A stretch of DNA of 64,000 nt from Tubulanus polymorphus (taxonomy: Eukaryota > Animalia > Nemertea), in the NCBI RefSeq assembly GCF_964204645.1, contig NC_134033.1:12656655-12720654 (forward strand), read 5' to 3'. Positions 27,001 to 38,234 of the stretch are shown in pieces; within the stretch, counting starts at the first letter, position 1, and each line of letters begins with the position of its first letter. A program made the position numbers and the translations under genes. A model generated the notes under the pieces. It made no database searches. It was not told the DNA's origin and saw nothing but the letters and a program-made list of their open reading frames with translations.

Positions 27001-28170
27001 TTCCACGTAGAACTTTATAACAGTAATTACGAGTTTCGTTGGGGGATGTTATTCCAACATATTGACACAGTTCCCAACTCTTTCTATTCGAACTCGCCGC
27101 CGGTTTATCGGACACGTATATTTTGTAGTTTTTCGGAACTATAAAAGAGATATTTTCGAAATGCTAACAGATAACGTGAAAACTAATTTACAGGGGACAT
27201 CTTTTTTTCAAAGATCATTCATGCAATCGATCTCCGGTCATTTTTCATAATGAGAATGAAAGGTATTGGGAATCATGTGTATCACGCAAAGGGCATGGCA
27301 TCAAGAAAACCTAAACATTTAGGCTAAACAAAAATGATACCTTGTTTCTCCGCAGCGGCCGGGTCATTTTTGTAAAATATGATAAAATTTGTAAACAGTT
27401 CACTTCTATAGCGGCCGGGTCTGTTATGGTAAAATTGATCACGATTTTAAAAAAAGTAATGTATAGGGTAGATAGGCGGCCGGCCAGGTCAACATTTAAG
27501 CTCAGCAGAGCAGAGAAAATAGGTATCAATTTTTTTAAGCCTTTTTTCTAGATCTACGCGCACTGACGTATTGGAGTTCCCAACATTTTGTAAGTCACCA
27601 TTCTTAAAATAACGTAGGAGATCGTTCATTACGTACGCATGAAATTTGAAATTCGCAAGCCCTCCCCTCTCCCCTTGTACGCAAATCGGCCATATTCCTA
27701 TACCTAAATCATTACAATATGCAATTGCACTAACCCCCTTCACCTCCCCTAAAGCGTACACAAAAAAATTAATGAACTCTAAGTCTCACGAAAAAAAAAC
27801 AATCTGATTTTTCGACTCACTTTTGCCGTTAGCGTTCAACAAGATCTGCACAGCATTTACCGTCTGATTTTCTCCAATATCAATTTGCCACCAACTCCCC
27901 GTATCTTCCTTCTCGGTCATCGTACAAGTCTCTCTATCTCGATCTACTGCTTTAGAGGCGTCGCCATCACTTGCAGTCGTACTCTGAACTACAGGCTTGT
28001 CGTGAGCTATGTTACTCACGGCTGAAAATTACGAGAGCGATTCTGCGTAAGATAGCCACTAGGAAACGAAATCGAATTCATGCTTGTCTTTGTAGATTGA
28101 GTGTTCACAGAACTATACCTTCGTTTGTCCCAAGATTTACGGCGACCAACAGAATGAAAAGAAGCAACAT
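24074..28170 (-). CDS. Paralogue C: secreted F-type-lectin / 2xPAN / Cry-domain-I-like protein, ~683 aa
   Basis: Exons 28170-28119, 28021-27821, 27138-26908 (or 26914), 26728-26480, 26245-26009, 25685-25325, 24955-24748, 24589-24074; signal peptide MLLLFILLVAVNLGTNE. Confidence 0.88.
25123..25243. mobile_element. Short MITE, family GGGGCC..cttaagaccagtcttaag..GGCCCC
   Basis: Homologous to the copies at 26297-26435 and 45611-45760; ends in caactggcccc. Confidence 0.75.
26297..26435. mobile_element. Short MITE, same GGGGCC family
   Basis: gggcccgttgcacagtcgtg ... cacgactgtgcaactggcccc inverted ends. Confidence 0.8.
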
Positions 28171-29497
28171 TATTTTTGTCCGACAGTTTCAGTAGGATCG
28201 TGGCGAATGAAAATTGTACCGATGATGTTTTCGAAAATGATATGTTCTCAGCTGTTCCAGATGCTACTCTCAACTGCATCGATCAAAAAGTTGAGGCTCT
28301 ACTTTCATCCCATCGATCCCAACAGCGGTAATTTTGTGAAAATGGAATTGTGAAGAATAAGGTACGTATATGTTAGAATTTCGACGAAAAAAAATACAGT
28401 GAGACTCCCCGCTGCGCGAAGTTATCGGGGACGCATTTTTGAATTACAAGCCATTCAGATATTGCGTCGTCATAGGCACCAATAGATTCCCTTCATTAAT
28501 TTACGACATTTGATTGCAGAATTATCAGAACAACATCATCTGATTCCGCACATTGTAGCACCGGCCGTCGCCAGTTTGGATAAACTGTTTAGTCTTTTAA
28601 CAATTGTGAGATCTATGCACCATAGTATATTCAATACAGGCGTAAAATGCATATGGATTATACTCTTAAAGCTCGCTGCGAAAGTTAAGTGTGCCTGGGC
28701 TCTACTGATCAACGCAGAGCAAATGAACAGTCAACCACAGGGGTAGCTTAGTATCTTATACCTTGTAGTTTTTGTAAGTGACATTTCATGACTTGAAATG
28801 AGAATTTCATTGAAATTGACTTTAAAAACTGACTAAACAATTACATTATTATCCTTTCAGATGAAAACTTGAAATGAAAAAAGGAGAGTTTTGCGTTTGA
28901 CTGTGAACTAAGGAAGTCCGGATGGAAATGACTCTATAGTCCTTCCTCCGCTCCACTAAGAGTTACCGACGAGTAATTAACAATTCAACGTCTTGAAAAT
29001 AAGTCAAATGTTCTCTATCTTTGATTCCAGATGTGAATAATGCAAGCGTATCATTATTATTCAAACCTGTTAAGTTAGAATTCAGTCGCCGTTCAAAACA
29101 ACAGCGGAAAAAGCCGTCTGACGTTAGGACTTTTTTATGGATACAGGACTTATATTGCAATATCGTCAAATGTTCTTCGCATTATTCCCGAACGACGTTG
29201 TCTATAACACGTAGAAACAATACCTGTCCGATAAGCCTGTAGCCCTTGAATTGATAGCATTAGAGCGGACAACAGATGTAGTAATTAAAACACCTGTGAA
29301 CTACGTGTTAGTTGGTATATACGCGTAGCATTTGTTGTTGGAAGTTTAGGAAATAAGTGTCACGCAGACGAATGAACGTATGTTACATCCTGAATACATC
29401 GTTTTCCTACCTTTTTTCTTTTTTTTCTAGTAGTTTTAACGACGTATTATATTTTGATACATTCCAGTTAATCTGCACTAATCAACCACATATCAAG

Positions 29498-30318
29498 ATG
29501 ATCAGATCCACCAGCATCGCTTTTTTGATTGGCCTCGTGTTGTCTGATGTCCACGGATACAGTAAGTGTCTCCATTCTACAGCTATGAATTGCAGAATAT
29601 ATATCTACTTATTTCTCAATGAAATATAAGTACCACAATCACAAGTTCGAAAGAGATTTTAAAACATGAAAACTATAAAAATTTACTTATACCTCAAATT
29701 TTCGTAAAACCCATTTTCAAAAGTGAAAATGGTTTTTAGTCTTGAAAATGGGTTTTAGAATAAAACCGAAAATTTGAGGTTTTGATAAATTTTCATAGTT
29801 TTCATGTTTTAAAACCTCTTTCGAACTTTTGCGGGACTTATATTTCTCATACCATCTATAACTTTACAGTGGGCTTCGGAGGAATGGGCGGCGGCGGCTT
29901 CGGAGGAATGGGCGGCGGCGGCTTCGGAGGAATGGGCGGCGGCGGCTTCGGAGGAATGGGCGGCGGTTTCGGAGGAATGGGTGGCGGAGGTTACGGAGGA
30001 ATGGGTGGTGGCGGTTTCGGAGGAATTGGCGGAGGAGGTTACAGAGGAATGGGCGGTGGCGGCTTCGGAGGAATGGGCGGCGGTGGTTTCGGAGGAATGG
30101 CCGGCGGCGGTTTCGGAGGAATGGGCGGTGGCGGCTTCGGAGGAATGAGAGGTGGAAGCTTCGGAGGAATGGGGGGTGGAAGTTTCGGAGGAATGGGTGG
30201 CGGAAGTCTTGGAGGAATGGGCGGTGGTTTGGATCTTGGAAGAGATGAAGGAAGTAATGTTAAGAGTTACTCGTACTCAGTAACGAATGGCGTCGTTCGA
30301 CAAAGCGGAAATATGTAA
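29498..30318 (+). CDS. Secreted glycine/methionine-rich repetitive peptide (~170 aa)
   Basis: Exon 1 29498-29561 (MIRSTSIAFLIGLVLSDVHG-Y, gtaagt donor) joins exon 2 29870-30318 in phase; ~15 copies of (F/Y)GGMGGGG, then a non-repetitive tail. Confidence 0.85.
29621..29846. mobile_element. Palindromic fold-back MITE in the intron of the Gly-rich gene
   Basis: gaaatataagtacc..aagttcgaaagagattttaaaacatgaaaacta is mirrored by tagttttcatgttttaaaacctctttcgaactt..gacttatatttc. Confidence 0.75.
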
Positions 30319-30634
30319 AACACATTTGACTCGAGAAAATGAAATATCAGGGGAAAGGAATTTAACTCCCTGGTAATTTATCGATTAATCTATGTTTGAA
30401 ATATGCATAAAAAATGCAACAAAAGTTCTGTAATAAAATTCACTATGATTTAAAATGATTTTTTGATTTTGTTTGGTTTGATTTCACCGGACAAAAAACG
30501 TTAGAATGCAGACAATCCGGCGGGCAGGCCTCCATGGTGACGCAGACGTCCGTGCTCCATCTACTATTACAATAAAAGTCAATGTTAAGTCAAGTTACTT
30601 GGAGTAGAAGACAAAACCTGGCACAAGGATGGTT

Positions 30635-30885
30635 TAGATCTATCTTGGATCATGATTCTTGAATAGATTGTTTATGGCATTTTGAAACTTTAAACCACAT
30701 CGATTTGCATCGACAGCTGATTGTAACGTCAAAGATTTAATTGTTCTTACGAACTGTTTGTTATCGAGGTACCATCATATCTCATTCGCATGAAATTCAT
30801 TCAACAAACAATCCATATGTCGTTAATTTAAAGTTGGGTGGGCTTTATTTAATTCATGTACTGAATAACATGTTAGGCCTTGCAC
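30635..30885 (+). repeat. ~250-bp local duplication, copy 1 (copy 2 at 34518-34758)
   Basis: Shared tagatc.atcttg.atcatgattcttgaata ... gtactgaataacatgttaggccttgcac. Confidence 0.85.
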
Positions 30886-30981
30886 GTTTTCAATTTTATA
30901 TATTGCAGGGCTTGTGGGGTTTGGACATTGAAGTTGTTCTGGTTCACCGCAACTTCATAATCGCTAAGCACATCGTTTAAT

Positions 30982-32068
30982 ATGTCTATTTCAACCTGAC
31001 TTGAGAGCATTCCAGGTGCCCTAGCTCACTCAGTTTTGGTAGTACATACCTGATAAAGGTCTTAGTAAGACCAGAAAGGACTGGCAGTGGACCTAAATCA
31101 AAATTTTTTAATCCATTTGAAACTGCATTGAAAGATATCCAAAAAATCTTCACTGAAAGGGGTTCATGAGAGAAAAGAGACTCCATGATTTGAAAGTTTA
31201 ACAATATGTCTCCATGCCTACCAACTGAAGTTTGGTATGTAGGCATGGAAATATATTGTTAAACTTTCAAATCATGGAGTTATTGGGGTGATAAATTAGT
31301 AGTTTGCATAGAGGGAGGGAAGCCAGAGTTCAGGGCAGTGGCTGAAGTGTAAAACAACCTACGTAGATGCTTACGTCGCACACAAGACACTGAATAGAAG
31401 ATAGGTGAAAGTGACGTGAGTATCTGCGTAGGGTTGCTGGTTATAGCGGCAGCCTTGAGCTCTGGTATGGCTAGGAAGTAAACAAGTAATAAACTCGTGA
31501 CGTATAACATATGTAGAAGTATACGTCACGAGTAACATGAAATAAGATAAAAAGGGAGGGTCAGCACAGTAAGGGGGAGAGAGATGCTAGAGTGGCGGAG
31601 AAGCCTAAAAATACGAGCTGTAGGAAGGAATAAGAATTGTGCGGGAAAATAAAGAAAGAACGTAGACCCACGAGAAGAGTTGTTATTATTCCGGAGTCAG
31701 AGGGATATCACTTATCGGATTAATCGGAACCAACAACGACAACACGAGGGGAGAACGCAACGTGGCCCCCACAACAATTGGTTGAGAAACTCAACCCCAC
31801 AACATTGTTGGAGAACCGAAAGCAACCCCACAACATTGGTGGAGAACCGAAAGCAACCCCACAACAGAGTCACTTCTCTTCATTTAACCCCTTTCAGTGA
31901 AGACTTTTTGGATATCCTTCAATACAGTTGCAAATGGATTAAAAAATGATGGTTTAGGCTGACTGCTTGTCCTTTCTGGTCCCACTAAGACATTTATCAG
32001 GTATGTACTACTAAAATTGAGCGCGCTAGGCCACTCAGAATGCTCTCAAGTCAGGTTGAAATAGACAT
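30982..32068. mobile_element. Non-autonomous DNA transposon (~1.09 kb) with ~180-bp imperfect TIRs
   Basis: atgtctatttcaacctgacttgagagcatt.. at the left is mirrored by ..aatgctctcaagtcaggttgaaatagacat at the right; internal ~31-bp tandem repeat near 31766-31865. Confidence 0.85.
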
Positions 32069-32265
32069 TTTTAGATAAGATGCTGACAAACTTGAATGCT
32101 CGCTATAATTACGCCCGTCATGGAGAAAGTAGGTCTCTATTTGCAAACTTTTCTATCGTTTCTCAAAACGATTGAGAACTTAATTTTGTATCATTTCGAC
32201 ATCGTTAATAACCGTGTTCTTCATTGTCATTTCTGAACCGTGTTCTTCATTGTTATTTCTACCCC

Positions 32266-32441
32266 GCTGGTAATGCCGTCGTATGCGAGAAAATGATAAT
32301 AGAGCGATCTGTTTGTCAGCAGGACTGCACGCATTGTTTAAGCGATTCTGATTGCTGAAGGAATGGAAATGAAATGCTTACCATATGAGTTTGATGCAAC
32401 GAAAAAAAGGTTGTTTTCCGAAACAGAAAGTCGGAGTTGAT
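32266..32441 (+). pseudogene. 3' fragment of a multi-knottin gene paralogous to 37614-38234
   Basis: Reads AGNAVVCEKM..CQQDC..C.SDSDC* then GMEMKCLPYEF..GCFPK in shifted frames, matching AGNSVVCKKM..GMEVQCLPYEF..GCFPK; shared tttgcaagaataaa in the 3' flank. Confidence 0.8.
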
Positions 32442-33142
32442 AATCTAGTTAAGTGTTTAGAATATAAAATCATATTTGTATTTCCATCAATATTCTTATT
32501 GGTATATGAGCCTTGAATTTACGATCAGTTTGTAGTGGTTTGCAAGAATAAAAGTGGATTTTCGCAACGTCCTGATTGAATTCTCTTTTTTTCCGTTATA
32601 TCGACACTTTCCCAGTAACCAAATCGTTTGGCTAGAGCCCTCTTTTGTTTCCCAAGTAGTCAACAAGCTCTTCTAAGGTTGAAAGTGTCTATGGTGCGAG
32701 GGCCTAAAAACCGGCGTCATCTTAGCGAAGTGAATAGTCTTCGATGATATCCTAAATCACGGTCAAAACCAGCAAAGAAGAATATGATTGAATGTTAAAT
32801 CAAACATCTTTATTTCAGTTTTTCCATTACGTAAAACACAAGAGAAAATGATAATATAATGATTTATTAGTAACTAAATGAACTACTCTTGCCTGCGCAC
32901 TATCTCTACGTATATATGTTCATCTACTGGACATACTGAATATAGACTCCAATATTAGATGTCTCTCCCTTAGCGTAAACGGAAATATTTTCCCAGGAAA
33001 AATGTCCCAATTGGTAAAGTTAGAAAAGAAATATCCCATAACGTGTATAATATGATTGTGCAGTCTAAAGCATCGTGCATTGTTAGGGATTGTCTATAAT
33101 AGAGCTGACATCCTCTTCCTTGTAACAATGTTTGCTTCAGAA

Positions 33143-33619
33143 TTATGCACGGTTCATTCGTTTTTTCGGCACACGCTCATAAAAGCAAACCTGCTTTGAA
33201 TCCGTGGTGAATCTGCATTTCAATGTTGGGCAGCAGTCCGCATTCGAATTACATTCTTGAGCTATTCTCCTGCAGCTGGTGGACTTCTGGCAAACTTTTC
33301 TCCTATAACGCCTACGACCCATACGCTCACAGGTAATCGTCTCGCCATCCTCTTCACAACAATCGTCGTCCGATTTACACTTTTCGTCAATTTTCTTGCA
33401 TGACGGCTCCTCATTCAGCTCAACACTCTCGTACAAGCATATTTTTTGCCCACTGTTGAAGGGATTTCCTTGACATGTCAGTTTCCTAGAATTTACGATT
33501 TCCTGACAACAATCCGAATCCGATTGACATACAGCCCAACCATTCACGCATTCACGGACATCGGCATTTACGGATACTGCGAAGACCAGCAAACAAAAAC
33601 TCGCCACGTATACATTCAT
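33143..33619 (-). CDS. Secreted cysteine-rich protein with 3 tandem ICK/knottin-like modules (158 aa)
   Basis: Signal peptide MNVYVASFCLLVFAVSVNA; three C-x6-C-x5-CC-x(4-10)-C-x(9-12)-C units; acceptor ttcag just 5' of the ATG. Confidence 0.88.
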   Translation of the reverse strand: MNVYVASFCLLVFAVSVNADVRECVNGWAVCQSDSDCCQEIVNSRKLTCQGNPFNSGQKICLYESVELNEEPSCKKIDEKCKSDDDCCEEDGETITCERMGRRRYRRKVCQKSTSCRRIAQECNSNADCCPTLKCRFTTDSKQVCFYERVPKKRMNRA

Positions 33620-34517
33620 TTTCTGAAAAAAAAGTTAAACGAATCCTTATTAATTCATTTATTCAAACATACCATGTATCTTTTTCTAATCAAAAAAAAA
33701 AAAAATGGTGAACGTATCTATAAGTGATATACGGAACATACGCAGACTCAGTGACTTGAAAAAATTTCAACAAATTTGAAATTGTCCTGTGGTTACATTC
33801 TATCTGAAATATCCCCGACCTGGAGCTGAATGCCGACAATAACTGTTCGAATCGGAACCGGAGTCAACTATTGCAAGCTACTCCAGTCAATTACAAAAGG
33901 TGATAATTTTTTAGTTTTTTAATGAATATCTTTAGAAAATGTAAAACAATTAAGACCCACGCAAATAGAAAAGAGTCAAAGAAAAAAAAACGTAGAGATT
34001 AATGATATCTTACTGAGAATTGTGTGTCGTATGTTCCAGAGGGAATTTCACAACTGCGGTCAATTCCCGTCTGTCTAGACATATATAGGGGTCTTATTGA
34101 CTACGTCACAGCGGTCGTCAAGCGCAAAATACGTGGCTTGCCAACCAGTGGACAGCTAGTGTGCGATGATTGTTCTACTGGGCCGCACCTAGCAGTTTCA
34201 AATGCGGAGCAGGGGGCAGATAAATTGAAAAAGGGCGGTAAAATAAAGTAAAAAACCGATATAAAGATTCTTCTCGTGCCTTGAAAACTCTGCTAGACCT
34301 ATAACAAAATGCTTGTCGGTCCCAAGTGAATGATTCTTCATTAGCTTTCAATTGGACATAATATTTGTAAAAAGAACCCTTTTCCAAACTTTCATGGGGG
34401 GGGGCGAGTGCATTGCTTTTCTTGCGGCGGTAATGTACTAATGCATTCTTTCTGGCCTAGTCATATACACTTACAAAACTCCTCATTTTTCATTTTTTTC
34501 ATTTCGTTAGAATATTC

Positions 34518-34758
34518 TAGATCCATCTTGAATCATGATTCTTGAATAAATTGTTTATGGCATTTTGAAACTTTAAACCACATCGATTTGCATCGACAGC
34601 TGAATCTAATGTAAAAGGTGTAATTGCCCTTACGAACTGTTATCAAGGTACCATCATATCTAATTCGCATGAAATTCATTCAACGAACAATCCATATATC
34701 GTTAATAAGGTTGGGTGGGCTTTAATATATGTACTGAATAACATGTTAGGCCTTGCAC
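34518..34758 (+). repeat. ~250-bp local duplication, copy 2
   Basis: Homologous to 30635-30885. Confidence 0.85.
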
Positions 34759-37613
34759 ATTTTGTCTCGGTCATATATCAATTCAAAACCAAAGAAAAAC
34801 AAGCCGATCTTGGCAGGCTATTTAAAGAATTTATTGTTTTGCATTTCAATGGCATCGCAGAAGTGCATCGTCCGTTGAAAATGACCGCCATTTGCACTGC
34901 ACTATATGTTAAACATACGACGGGTTCGTGGACAACAATGAATTTCTATTTGGGATATTCTTAGTTCTCTTTAGAGCTGGCTGCGAAATATCTGATTCGT
35001 TCAAACATGATTTGTACGCGCAAAACCAGACAGTAGTCCAGTATGCTTTTCCAGAGGCCCGTGAAAATTTTCTAAAGTGCCATATAAAGTCAGTGTGAAA
35101 GATTTTGGTCATTATTTGTCAAAAAATTTGGACACAATTTTCATGTTCTTTTGTCAAATTATTCCGTAAATGTGTTAGTACATAGAGTTACAATGCTTTT
35201 CAAAATTTGGACACAATTTTTTTCATGTAAAATCATTCCATAAAAAGTTTTCAATTACTTGTAAATATGTTATTGTCGAATATTGGAGATAAATATTATA
35301 CATTTAACGTCATAAAAATTATGAGACGTTGTTTAAGACGTTATCAAATCGAAATATATCATATCTAAGAACTGTCCTTTTTCAATAGGAAAGTGTCCAT
35401 TTTCACTGTGAAAAATATATCCCTCTTTCTTGATATAGAACTGCCCCTGAAATAGCTCGGCACCGGCCTGTTTTCGTACAAACACGTAAAGATATTTTCA
35501 TAGGTCAGTCAGTTTATGCTGATGAAAATAGACAAAACGGTGGATAAAATAAAGAAAAAATGGCTTTAGACATTTCTGAAATTAATCAGAATAAGCTATC
35601 CAATGGTTGATGATAATGACCTGCGGAACGATTAAGCATGTTGGAAAATGATGGGTATTTTCCAGAGCGAAAATGCAATTTTTCGTCTTAAAATCTAAAT
35701 CCTGACGCGCACTTTTTCAGATTTTCGGACGAAACTTATTTAGTGCGCGGTTTGTTGTTTTTAATTTTCCAGCATCGGCTATTGCAGAGCTGTTTTCTAG
35801 TTTTGCGCTGACGATCTCAGCATTCCGGATTACACCAGTTTACGATTGGGATCATAGCCACTTTTTATGGTGGCTGATTCGGGCCATAGTAAAAAATTTT
35901 AAATCCTGACTTTTTGAAAACCAAACCAAAAGTTTTCAATTATTTTCAATTTCAATAGACGGGCAGTTTTAAGGTACGAGGTATGACGTGATGAGATCTT
36001 AAATGCCCTACTTCCATAATTTCGTATCGGCGCGCATGTTTGACTAGAATAGTACGATCCCGACTAGACCCGCAAAGAACTAGCTGGTTCGCAAGGAGGC
36101 GGTTGTGATTTTGGGTACAAACTAGCGCGCGTGACTATTTGAAAATAGTTTTTTTTTCGCGCTGATTTCAAACTTTTGTTTTATTACTAATCTTGTTGAC
36201 TTTTGATATACTATGTCTCCACCTTTATTAACTCAAAATCCGTAGAAAGAACAACGCTGTTGTTGGTTTAAGATTGGATGAGTTTAAATTTCTGTATCAA
36301 CGTACACGCAAAGGCCTATGGCCTTTTCATTTTGCCTAGGTTGTGAATTTATTCAAAGACAATTTGCGTAGGGACAAAAAGAAAGGCGATCTCAGCTAGC
36401 AAAAAGAATTTATATTTTCTCGCATTTCAATACTGCACGCAACATTGAAGTTCTTGTTTGGATATTCTTAGCTCTTTCTAGCCGCGAGATATCAGATTCG
36501 TTCGAACACGATCGAATCCGTGACCAGCTGGCATAGACCTAAAACTGTCCGATTTTGTTTTTGTTCGAATACGTTAAAATATTTCTATAGAACTCTGGGT
36601 CAGTCAGTGAACATTTACTTAATAGTCTATGACTATCAAGTAAATGTTGACTGCCTGATGGGGGTATTTAGTGGAATTGTCATTTCTAATAGGATTGATA
36701 TCGTAAAACTTACATTAACATCCCGTAATACACACACAAAGCGCAATCTGGTACGACCCAAACCTCATCCCCAAAAATTCTTATCGTTACGAAAATCTTT
36801 TTTAATATTTTTAGTATCGAGCACAAATTATTTAAAACGTTTGTATTTTAAATGATCACTGATATTTGATATGGTTAACCTTCAATTGATATTCAGTTTC
36901 AAGTTTTGTTGTCTTATTTCATTTATTTATTCATTTATTGATTTGCTCCAGAACGTGAAGGTCTATATATAAATGATTAATACATTGTACAAAATGTATC
37001 TCATATACAGTTAGTATCGTATACTACTACAACTACAAGATACATGGAATGTACAATGTGAATTTGATAATGAACTATAATCATATTCATTATGATTGTA
37101 TTGGTTTTAATGTCAAAAATCTTACGTGATAGAAGCAATATTTTCTGAATACCCGATGAAAAATGCAACGGTTAGTCAGTGTGTAAACAGATATTCAGCT
37201 TATTTAGTACACGGATTGTTGCTATTTTTCAGGGTTGTTTGGTTCCGAAATAAATAGCGACTATTGCAGAACTGGTCAGGTGTTGGACACTGAAATTTTA
37301 TTCAAAGGTGTTTCCTGTTCACATAGTCGTAGTTAAACTTCATAACAAACTTGAATAGCTGTATAGCGGTTATATGAAGTCGTCACCGTCACACCATTTC
37401 CAGGTTGACATCGGCTAGAAAGACATAGGTATGCGACAACGTAAGACTTCTTAATTTACAAAATGTGGTAAAATGATAATGCAAATTAGTTGTGGATGTT
37501 TCTAAATTTTCAACCTCTGTTCGTGAAGTCGAACTTTTTCTCTCATTTTGATAAGGATCAAGGTCTTTATTTTGTATGGTAAATGATATCATTTGTTATT
37601 CCTATTTCAGAAA

Positions 37614-38234
37614 ATGAATCTGTTCGTCACGAGCTTTTTACTGATCTTTGTAGTAGCGCATGTCAGCGCGAAGAAGTGTACGGCATCCTTTCGGCCATGC
37701 GGTACGGTACGACCATATTTCAATTACGATACCCCGAAGAAACACTGTCTGCCAACGAAATGCCGCACTGAATACGAGTTATGTAATTCGGTTGACGATT
37801 GTTGTCCAGCTGATCGTCCTGGGTCGATAGTTAAATGCAAATCAGGTCGTCGCTTAAGCTGGTGTCAGCAATGCAGCAAGATTGAACAACCGTGCGATAC
37901 AGACTCGGAATGTTGTCCGCACAACGGAAAGGCGGCCATTTGCGTCAAGCATGGGAAGAATGATCGAGAAAGCGGCACCTGTAAGCTGGCTTGCAAGAGT
38001 TTGTTTGCGGAGTGCAACGATAACTCGGAGTGCTGTAGCGAGGACTCGGCTGGTAATTCCGTCGTATGCAAGAAAATGTGGGGGGTAACTTCTTGTCAGC
38101 CGGACTGCGTTTATACGGGTTGTTCTAGCGATTCCGACTGTTGTAGGTACAAGGGAATGGAAGTACAATGCTTGCCATATGAGTTCAGTGAAACCGACGA
38201 AAAGGGTTGCTTTCCGAAAAAGAAAAGCGATTAG
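37614..38234 (+). CDS. Secreted cysteine-rich protein with 4 tandem ICK/knottin-like modules (206 aa)
   Basis: Signal peptide MNLFVTSFLLIFVVAHVSA; a 3-Cys leader, then four C-x(4-6)-C-x5-CC-xn-C-xn-C units; same ttcag|aaaATGaat start context as 33143-33619. Confidence 0.88.
   Translation: MNLFVTSFLLIFVVAHVSAKKCTASFRPCGTVRPYFNYDTPKKHCLPTKCRTEYELCNSVDDCCPADRPGSIVKCKSGRRLSWCQQCSKIEQPCDTDSECCPHNGKAAICVKHGKNDRESGTCKLACKSLFAECNDNSECCSEDSAGNSVVCKKMWGVTSCQPDCVYTGCSSDSDCCRYKGMEVQCLPYEFSETDEKGCFPKKKSD

Noticed and set aside
8559-28170. Bacterial contamination or recent HGT as the source of the Cry-like genes
   Set aside because: Seven conserved spliceosomal introns, host MITEs in introns and animal-type domains show genuine integration; ancient HGT of the domain is not excluded.
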